Below are positions 54,002 to 59,994 of a stretch of DNA of 64,000 nt, piece after piece. The DNA comes from a virus (Duplodnaviria; Heunggongvirae; Uroviricota; Caudoviricetes), in the IMG/VR virus record IMGVR_UViG_3300028833_000001, positions 287,171-351,170 of that record; one strand, written 5' to 3'. The translations under genes and the position numbers were made by a program. The notes under the pieces were generated by a model, which was given only the letters and a program-made list of their open reading frames with translations, did no database searches and had not been told where the DNA came from. Each line of letters starts with the position of its first letter. The stretch's first letter is position 1.

Positions 54002-54718
54002 ATGAATCAGAAAAGAGAATACGTTAGAAAAAATTTGGATATAATAAACAAAATGATAGAAAACAAACGACCTAAGTTTGAAATAGCTAGGGTTTTGGGA
54101 GTTAAATATTCCACATTAGATAAATATTTAAAAGAATTTGGTATTGATTATAAAGGAAACCCAAATAGAAAGGGAATTCCGCATATGGAAGGAAGAATGC
54201 TAATTGAAGAATATTTAAATGGAAATAGAAACATACAAGCATCTAAACTAAGACAAAAACTAATAGAAAATGGTTTAAAAGAAGAAAAATGTGAATGCTG
54301 TGGGTTAACTGAATGGATGGGTAAAAAAATTCCGTTAGAACTTCACCATAAAAATATGAACCATAACGATAATAGTTTAGACAATCTTCAAATACTTTGT
54401 TCTAATTGTCATTCTTTAGCACATGAATATAATAATACAAAAGGTAAACCAGAAAGTTCTATTGATACTATTTTATTAAAAAAACGTGTTAAAGAGGTTG
54501 GTCATTGCAAACAGTGCGGAAAAGAATTAACAAATAGCCAGAAAATTTATTGTTCACAAGAGTGCGCTCATTTAAATGTTAGTAAAATACCACAAAAAAA
54601 CGAATTAATTGATAAATTAAATGAGTTTAACTGGAATAAAACAAAAACTGGTAAGTATTTTGGCGTAAGTGATAACGCAATTCGTAAATGGATTAAAAAG
54701 TACGACATAAAAAAATAA
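54002..54718 (+). CDS. HNH homing endonuclease with HTH domains
   Basis: CECCG...LELHHKN.NHNDNSLDNLQILCSNCH, a second CxxC..YCS..C finger and a C-terminal HTH. Confidence 0.9.
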   Translation: MNQKREYVRKNLDIINKMIENKRPKFEIARVLGVKYSTLDKYLKEFGIDYKGNPNRKGIPHMEGRMLIEEYLNGNRNIQASKLRQKLIENGLKEEKCECCGLTEWMGKKIPLELHHKNMNHNDNSLDNLQILCSNCHSLAHEYNNTKGKPESSIDTILLKKRVKEVGHCKQCGKELTNSQKIYCSQECAHLNVSKIPQKNELIDKLNEFNWNKTKTGKYFGVSDNAIRKWIKKYDIKK

Positions 54719-54719
54719 T

Positions 54720-54796
54720 ACCGCTGTGGGCAAATTGGTAAAGTCGGCTATTTTAGGGGTAGCGTCATATTGTCGGTTCGACTCCGACCAGCGGTA
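54720..54796 (+). tRNA. trnL: tRNA-Leu(TAG), short variable arm
   Basis: Acceptor ACCGCTG/CAGCGGT and GCTAT-TTTAGGG-GTAGC. Confidence 0.85.
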
Positions 54797-54809
54797 CAAT
54801 AAATAATTT

Positions 54810-54893
54810 GGCTCTGTGGTGGAATTGGTAGACACGACAGACTTAAAATCTGTTGTCCGAAAGGACGTGTGGGTTCGAGTCCCATTGGAGCCA
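54810..54893 (+). tRNA. trnL: tRNA-Leu(TAA)
   Basis: ACAGA-CTTAAAA-TCTGT with a long variable arm. Confidence 0.95.
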
Positions 54894-54898
54894 CATAA

Positions 54899-55044
54899 GC
54901 TCCTATAGTTCAATGGACAGAACAGAAGTTTCCTATACAAGAGTAAACTTGTTTAAATCATTTCTATGTGAAATTGGTTTTATTGGGTTCGAGTCCCACA
55001 CATAGAACAAACTTCAAATCTTGGTTCGAATCCAAGTAGGAGTA
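54899..55044 (+). tRNA. trnR: tRNA-Arg(CCT) interrupted by a 74-nt insert in the anticodon loop
   Basis: GAAGT-TTCCT[insert]AA-ACTTC. Acceptor, D and T arms are intact. Confidence 0.8.
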
Positions 55045-55063
55045 CTAAACACATAACATATAT

Positions 55064-55148
55064 GGGAGTGCGGTCACGATGGTGGAGTGGCGGCGGTCTG
55101 TAAAACCGTTACAACGAAACACAGTAGGTTCGAATCCTACCACTCCCA
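55064..55148 (+). tRNA. trnY: tRNA-Tyr(GTA)
   Basis: GCGGT-CTGTAAA-ACCGT. Confidence 0.9.
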
Positions 55149-55167
55149 CGAAACAGCGAACATGCAC

Positions 55168-55305
55168 AAGCGCAAACTGAAGGGGAATTGGTAAACCCTC
55201 GCCCCTAGATAACATCAGAGCAGGGAGGTTTGGTGAGGCAACCGTAAAAGTAATCCAGCATGTGTAGCAAGATGGAAGTTCTGGTTCGAGTCCAGATGAG
55301 CGCTT
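55168..55305 (+). ncRNA. enlarged tRNA-like RNA
   Basis: Ends AAGCGC/GCGCTT, D-arm AGGG-GAATTGGTAAA-CCCT, T-arm TCTGG-TTCGAGT-CCAGA. No canonical anticodon loop. Confidence 0.55.
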
Positions 55306-55315
55306 ATTTTATGAT

Positions 55316-55389
55316 GGGCCCATAGTGATAGTTGGTTAGCACGGGAGCTTTGCAAGCTCTTAGCCTGGGTTCGAGTCCCAGTGGGTCCA
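55316..55389 (+). tRNA. trnA: tRNA-Ala(TGC)
   Basis: G3.U70 pair and loop TTTGCAA. Confidence 0.92.
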
Positions 55390-55395
55390 CAAATT

Positions 55396-55568
55396 AAAAA
55401 CAAACAAGGAGAGTGGGCTCGGTGATAAAAAACCTTGTATGAAATGGGTTACAGGGGAAAACCGAAAAATAATGTCCTGCAAAGGATATTCACACGTAGG
55501 CTGGTTAATTATCGTGGCCAGGGCCTTTGCTATCAGGTGACTACGCAAATCCTGATGTGTTTGTTTTT
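55396..55568 (+). ncRNA. unknown multibranch structured RNA
   Basis: Terminal helix AAAAACAAACA/TGTTTGTTTTT enclosing four hairpins. Confidence 0.55.
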
Positions 55569-55606
55569 TTTGGTTCTATGGCTGAACTAGTAGACGCGAC
55601 AGAGTC

Positions 55607-55662
55607 ATCAAGGCAAAAGAACGGTTCGACTCCTTAGTGTAACGGTAGCACATTGTCTTGAT
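55607..55662 (+). ncRNA. circularly permuted tRNA-elbow-like RNA
   Basis: Helix ATCAAGGCAA/TTGTCTTGAT encloses a T-loop (GGTTCGACTCC) followed by a D-arm (GTGT-AACGGTA-GCAC). Confidence 0.5.
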
Positions 55663-55670
55663 TTTCTCAC

Positions 55671-55758
55671 GGAGGGTTACCCAAGCTGGTGAAGGGGACG
55701 GTTTGCTAAACCGTTAGGTCACGAAAGTGGCGCGAGAGTTCGAGCCTCTCACCCTCCG
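55671..55758 (+). tRNA. trnS: tRNA-Ser(GCT)
   Basis: ACGGT-TTGCTAA-ACCGT with a long variable arm. Confidence 0.95.
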
Positions 55759-55892
55759 CAAACAAATTTGGCTTTATAATACACATAAAGGACACACTCG
55801 CCAATACCAATTGGCAAGCGAGAGAAGTTAGCGCAGGACGGAATTGAGGCCGTAAGTGTGATAGTGAAATGTAAAGTGTATTTTTTGATAAA

Positions 55893-55963
55893 TGCTGTGA
55901 TGGTGTAATAGGAAGCATCACCAGAATATCTGGAGGTACAGGTTCAAGTCCGAAACACAGCAT
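55893..55963 (+). ncRNA. tRNA-like RNA with 3-nt anticodon loop
   Basis: Acceptor TGCTGTG/CACAGCA, CCAGA-ATA-TCTGG and a weak T-arm. Confidence 0.55.
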
Positions 55964-55977
55964 TGTTTTTAATATAT

Positions 55978-56092
55978 GTGTTGATGGCGCAATGGTAGAC
56001 GCACACATGCACGTGGTTCGCGGTTCGAGTCCGCAAGTAGTTGGGCACAACGAAAAAATGGTAGAATGATGGTTCGAATCCATCTCAACACA
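55978..56092 (+). ncRNA. tRNA-like RNA with two T-arms
   Basis: Acceptor GTGTTGA/TCAACAC, D-arm, internal GCGG-TTCGAGT-CCGC and terminal GATGG-TTCGAAT-CCATC. Confidence 0.6.
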
Positions 56093-56099
56093 CAATAAA

Positions 56100-56279
56100 T
56101 CCCCTATTAGTTCAATTGGCAGAACGTAGTTATATCAATTCTTTGACGAAAGAATAAATTGTATAACTAAGGTTGTAATTATTTTGTGAAGTAGTGACTT
56201 GTTGACAATGGGTGCGCAACAGAATCAAAGATTAGAGCTGTGAATCATTTTAACGGGGTTCGAATCCAACATAGGGGAC
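56100..56279 (+). ncRNA. giant tRNA-like RNA (~180 nt)
   Basis: Acceptor TCCCCTAT/ATAGGGGA, canonical D-arm, extended TAGTTATA/TATAACTA arm, very long variable region, TTCGAAT loop. Confidence 0.6.
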
Positions 56280-56291
56280 AGGTATAAGTAT

Positions 56292-56361
56292 CGGGATGTA
56301 GTTTAATGTTAAAATAATTGTGCTTAGGACAGTGATATAGGTGCGAATCCTATCATCTCGG
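56292..56361 (+). tRNA. Pro-like tRNA paralog with non-canonical anticodon loop (GCTTAGG)
   Basis: Body nearly identical to the next tRNA-Pro and with the same 3' trailer CAAATATTTCATA. T-loop is TGCGAAT. Confidence 0.5.
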
Positions 56362-56394
56362 CAAATATTTCATATAGTATAAACATAATAGCAT

Positions 56395-56527
56395 CGGGAT
56401 GTAGTTTAATTTGGTAAAATGCGTTAATTTTTTCGTGTTTTGTTCTTTAAAAACACAGACAGCAACTTTTCTTTAAAATTATTGTTTTGGGGAAACCGTG
56501 TTATAGGTTCGAATCCTATCATCCCGA
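56395..56527 (+). tRNA. trnP: tRNA-Pro(GGG) with 60-nt insert between positions 28/29
   Basis: CG[56424-56483]GTT-TTGGGGA-AACCG, with C1-G72 and A73. Confidence 0.75.
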
Positions 56528-56541
56528 CAAATATTTCATAT

Positions 56542-56615
56542 GGGCCATCAGTCCAGTTGGAGTGGATGCCACCCTGTCACGGTGGAGAACGCGGGTTCGA
56601 GTCCCGCATGGCCCG
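56542..56615 (+). tRNA. trnD: tRNA-Asp(GTC)
   Basis: CCACC-CTGTCAC-GGTGG. Confidence 0.95.
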
Positions 56616-56625
56616 CTTTATAAGC

Positions 56626-56739
56626 AACATTCCCAGTGAAAAAGGGTTAGTAGTAGCGTTGTACAGCCAGTAACCCTGAGATAGTATCAAAATCAACGGT
56701 TAGACGTAGATGAACTGTAAGTACAACTTTGGGAATGTT
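56626..56739 (+). ncRNA. unknown pseudoknotted RNA
   Basis: Terminal helix AACATTCCCA/TGGGAATGTT. The loop segment GTTGTAC of hairpin AGGGTTA/TAACCCT is complementary to GTACAAC at 56721-56727. Confidence 0.6.
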
Positions 56740-56753
56740 TGTAATAATAAAAT

Positions 56754-56827
56754 AGCGGATTAGCTCAGTTGGTTAGAGCAGTACTCTTATAAAGTAAAGG
56801 TCCCCAGTTCAAGCCTGGGATTCGCTA
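56754..56827 (+). tRNA. trnI: tRNA-Ile(TAT)
   Basis: TACT-CTTATAA-AGTA with intact arms. Confidence 0.85.
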
Positions 56828-56837
56828 CAATCAATAG

Positions 56838-57018
56838 TGCGGGATGGAGCAGAGGTCAGCTCGTCAGGCTCAATACAGAGTGGTTTTCTGAAAAAAACTG
56901 TTGATGCCAATTGTTCAAGAGAAGAGCCGATACACAATCAAATTGTGTGTCGAGGCTGGTTCGAGTCCAGCTGGCGTCGCTAACCTGAAGGTCGGGGGTT
57001 CGAATCCCTCTCCCGCTA
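56838..57018 (+). tRNA. trnfM: initiator-type tRNA-fMet(CAT) interrupted by a 108-nt insert containing a nested tRNA-like fold
   Basis: 1:72 mismatch, GGAGCAG..GCTCG D-arm and TCAGG-CTCA[56873-56980]TAA-CCTGA. Confidence 0.8.
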
Positions 57019-57022
57019 CAAA

Positions 57023-57211
57023 TCCAGGTGCATAACGATTTGAAACCGTAGTGGGTGTTAAAACCACAGCCTGGAATAATAAGATTGCAGCAATACTAGT
57101 CAGGCTGGTCTTTCCGTGAAAGTCGGACGTATTACCATGCAACGATAGCGTTGATACCTGTATAATGGCAGGTGTAGCAAATGGCCCGTCAGGTCGCTAC
57201 TGACGGTTTTT
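57023..57211 (+). ncRNA. run of unknown hairpin/junction RNAs ending in a terminator-like hairpin
   Basis: TCCAGG/CCTGGA junction, ATACCTGT/GCAGGTGT hairpin, CCGTCAG/CTGACGG followed by T5. Confidence 0.45.
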
Positions 57212-57213
57212 AT

Positions 57214-57290
57214 GGGGCTGTAGCTCAGTTGGAAGAGCGCTGGACTGAAAATCCAGGACGTTAGCGGTGGTTCGATTCCACCCAGCCCCG
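57214..57290 (+). tRNA. trnF: tRNA-Phe(GAA)
   Basis: CTGGA-CTGAAAA-TCCAG with a slightly long variable loop. Confidence 0.9.
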
Positions 57291-57398
57291 CGTGAAAGGA
57301 TGTAGTGTTCTTTGCCGTGTTTCAACAAAGTGCATCAACCAGCCTTTTGGATGTGGCGCCCAAGTCCATGAAAGGAGGACAAAATGAAAGCGGAGTAT

Positions 57399-57473
57399 GG
57401 GCTCGTAGCTCAGTCTGGTAGAGCATCTGATTTGCAATCAGAGGGTCATTGGTTCAAATCCCATCGTGGTCCA
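57399..57473 (+). tRNA. trnA: tRNA-Ala(TGC), second copy (imperfect acceptor/T stems)
   Basis: TCTGA-TTTGCAA-TCAGA. Confidence 0.8.
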
Positions 57474-57528
57474 CAAGCGATATCCGAATCAGTGAAATTA
57501 TCGTTCAATGAGTTGAAAGAAGATATCA

Positions 57529-57601
57529 AGTGTTTAGTATATCGGAAGTACGTTACCAAGAACGAGTTGGTAAAAGTGTGAGTTCGAATCCCACAACACT
57601 A
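57529..57601 (+). ncRNA. tRNA-like RNA, 7-bp anticodon stem, loop GAACGAG
   Basis: Acceptor AGTGTT/AACACT, D-arm, TTACCAA/TTGGTAA and TTCGAAT loop. Confidence 0.55.
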
Positions 57602-57608
57602 TAATAAT

Positions 57609-57679
57609 AGGTTCCTAGTTCAATGGTAGAATAATGGTCTCCAAAACCATAGATTGAGGTTCGAGTCCTTGGGTTCCTG
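57609..57679 (+). tRNA. trnW: tRNA-Trp(CCA)
   Basis: ATGGT-CTCCAAA-ACCAT, with two U.U mismatches in the acceptor. Confidence 0.88.
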
Positions 57680-57688
57680 CAATAAAAT

Positions 57689-57771
57689 AGCCAAGTGGCG
57701 GAATGGTAGACGCGAAGGTCTCAAAAACCTTTGGGGTAACCCCCGTGCGGGTTCAAGTCCCGCCTTGGCTA
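57689..57771 (+). tRNA. trnL: tRNA-Leu(CAA)
   Basis: AAGGT-CTCAAAA-ACCTT with a long variable arm. Confidence 0.95.
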
Positions 57772-57786
57772 CTGATAGAAAAATAA

Positions 57787-57855
57787 AGGATACATACAGC
57801 AAACCTTTTTTTTAAGCATCAAACTTTTAATTTGAAAACGCTAAGAAAGTATCCT
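57787..57855 (+). ncRNA. free-standing ACAGCAA element displaying a Lys(UUU) anticodon stem-loop
   Basis: Closing helix AGGATAC/GTATCCT, ATACAGCAA bulge and TCAAA-CTTTTAA-TTTGA. Confidence 0.65.
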
Positions 57856-57862
57856 GTTTTAA

Positions 57863-57935
57863 CGCCCTATCGACAAGTGGTTTAAGTCATCACCCTTTCA
57901 CGGTGGAGTCACGGGTTCGAATCCCGTTGGGGCGA
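57863..57935 (+). tRNA. trnE: tRNA-Glu(TTC)
   Basis: TCACC-CTTTCAC-GGTGG. Confidence 0.95.
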
Positions 57936-57954
57936 CAATAAAAAAAAATCAAAA

Positions 57955-58497
57955 ATGGAACAAGACGAATTGAATCACAACAGGCGTGTTTTCGCAAATA
58001 TTAACAAATTAGATATTGAAGATGTCCATCCAATCCCAAAGGTCGAATTAGTTGTTGGGAAAACATATAAAGGCAATTGTAGGAATTCAGATAATGCGGT
58101 TTGGGATGGAAAAGTATTTTGGTACGACAGGCACAAGTTTGGTAGTACATTTAGGGAAAGTATAAATCACTACGAAGATGATGATGGTTACGATGTTTTT
58201 GTCCCATTTGAAACAGATGAATCGTTTATTGTTCTTCCAGAAGATTCGGTTAAGAAACTTTCTGATAGAGATTATTGGGGTACTATTGAGAAAATATTTA
58301 TGGAAATTACCAATTTGATGACGGAAAAAGCATTTATTAATGAAGCTAAACATATGTACCCAAATATGTCAGATGAAGACATTAGAAAACAATTGAAAAA
58401 CATGCTTTACGATAATTATGGAAATATTGTAAGAGGTGCTGATATGTTTGATTTTAGTGGTAAGTTAAAAGGTGAACCAGGAACTCCTGGAAAATAA
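57955..58497 (+). CDS. hypothetical protein within the tRNA array
   Basis: 180-aa ORF with YKGNCRN...W...F.Y.R.KFG....INH.EDDDGYDVFVP. Confidence 0.75.
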   Translation: MEQDELNHNRRVFANINKLDIEDVHPIPKVELVVGKTYKGNCRNSDNAVWDGKVFWYDRHKFGSTFRESINHYEDDDGYDVFVPFETDESFIVLPEDSVKKLSDRDYWGTIEKIFMEITNLMTEKAFINEAKHMYPNMSDEDIRKQLKNMLYDNYGNIVRGADMFDFSGKLKGEPGTPGK

Positions 58498-58512
58498 TAA
58501 AACAAAAAAAAC

Positions 58513-58585
58513 GCCGATGTAGCTCAATTGGCAGAGCGTTACACTTGTAATGTAAATATTGTAGGTTCGATTCCTATCATCGGCT
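58513..58585 (+). tRNA. trnT: tRNA-Thr(TGT)
   Basis: TTACA-CTTGTAA-TGTAA. Confidence 0.95.
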
Positions 58586-58653
58586 CTTAAAATAAAATTT
58601 ATCCCGAAACGTGTTTTTAGCTTTTTATGACTATTTATAAAAAAAATAGTAAT

Positions 58654-59358
58654 ATGAATAATTTTGAAAATTGCAAATCGTTAAATGACATTGCTAGGCA
58701 AGAATTTGGAAAAGCAAACTATACTAATCGTGAGAAAGCTAAAAAACTATTATTTGAACACGGAATAGATTGGTTAGATTGGCTAGAATCTATTAAAATT
58801 TCTAATAAAAAGTTTTGTCTTGTTTGTGGTAAAGAATTAAGAAATGGTCAAACAAAATTTTGCAGCCATTCATGTTCTGCTGGATATAACAATAAGTTTC
58901 GAAAAACATATAAAGATAATGAAAGCCGAGAACATCATGAAAAAATTACCAAAAGTGACAAATTCTGTTTGTATTGTGGCGCAAAATTAACAAATCAACA
59001 AAAATTATTTTGTAATAATAAATGTCAACAAGATTTCAAGTATAAAGAATATATAGACCGATGGATAAATGGTGATGAAAATGGTTTAAAGGGCCAGTAT
59101 TCTTTATCAAGGCACATCAGGCGATTTTTATTGGAAAAAACAAATTGTAAATGTGAAAAATGTGGCTGGGGAGAAAAAAATCCATATACAAACACAATCC
59201 CATTAGAAATACATCATATTGATGGTGATTATACAAATAACAAGGAAGAGAATCTTCAGGTTTTGTGTCCAAATTGTCATTCTTTAACAGAAACACACAA
59301 ATCACATAATAAGAACGGAAGACAAGGTAGAAGAAAATATTATAAAAAAACAGAATAA
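58654..59358 (+). CDS. HNH homing endonuclease
   Basis: Two CxxCG..FC..C fingers and CEKCG...LEIHHIDGDYTNNKEENLQVLCPNCH. Start set at the second ATG, downstream of ACTATTTAT. Confidence 0.9.
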   Translation: MNNFENCKSLNDIARQEFGKANYTNREKAKKLLFEHGIDWLDWLESIKISNKKFCLVCGKELRNGQTKFCSHSCSAGYNNKFRKTYKDNESREHHEKITKSDKFCLYCGAKLTNQQKLFCNNKCQQDFKYKEYIDRWINGDENGLKGQYSLSRHIRRFLLEKTNCKCEKCGWGEKNPYTNTIPLEIHHIDGDYTNNKEENLQVLCPNCHSLTETHKSHNKNGRQGRRKYYKKTE

Positions 59359-59361
59359 GCT

Positions 59362-59622
59362 AAAGCTCTTTACCGATACGTAGCGGTAAATGGTGCGTAC
59401 CCAGGGTCAGACGCACGGTTGTATTCTGTACCTATATATGGATGATGTACAGCTTTTATGTGTAGGTTAAACAAATATGGCCCGACCAATAATATCTTAA
59501 TGCTGAGCGTGAATGAAGAAAACGGAAACCAAAGGCAACATAGCTGTAGCAGAATTTGATTGCAATGGATAACAGTGAAACACGCAAGATTCAGTAGATA
59601 ATGCTTTGACGGTTGCATTAAG
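59362..59622 (+). ncRNA. two unknown structured RNA domains
   Basis: Hairpins TTTACCG/CGGTAAA, GTGCGT/ACGCAC and CTGTAC/GTACAG. A second domain is closed by CTTAATGC/GCATTAAG. Confidence 0.45.
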
Positions 59623-59628
59623 GTAGCA

Positions 59629-59699
59629 AGTGGAGTAGCTTTATAAGGATGAGCCTTGGATTTTACCAAGAGGTGGTAGTTCGAATCTGCCCTCCACAA
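59629..59699 (+). ncRNA. tRNA-like RNA with 6-nt anticodon loop (ATTTTA)
   Basis: GTGGAG/CTCCAC, CTTGG/CCAAG and GGTAG-TTCGAAT-CTGCC. Confidence 0.55.
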
Positions 59700-59917
59700 C
59701 AAAAGCAAACGAAACCAGTTGACCAGATGGGATAAAACGCATAGTCATCCGTGATGCCACTGCGGATTAATAAATAGATGGCTAAGACGGAGGTAACGTT
59801 ACCGTTTAAACAACTATATTTTTAATGCTGACAGAGCGGGCGTGGAAAGTTCTTGAAATGTTAATATAAAACTGCCAGAATCGCAAAATTGTACGGGTTT
59901 GCACGTGCAAAACTTTT

Positions 59918-59989
59918 GGGGAGGTAGCTCAACGGTAGAGCAACTGGCTGTTAACCAGTAGGTTGTGGGTTCGAAACCCACCCTCCCCG
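59918..59989 (+). tRNA. trnN: tRNA-Asn(GTT)
   Basis: ACTGG-CTGTTAA-CCAGT. Confidence 0.95.
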
Positions 59990-59994
59990 CGAAT

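Noticed and set aside
54002-54718. IscB/Cas9-like RNA-guided nuclease
   Set aside because: Only HNH, zinc-finger and HTH motifs are present. No RuvC motifs or PLMP N-terminus.
56292-56361. Ochre (UUA) suppressor tRNA
   Set aside because: The loop GCTTAGG lacks U33, the T-loop is altered, and TAA is the dominant stop codon here. More likely a non-decoding paralog of tRNA-Pro.
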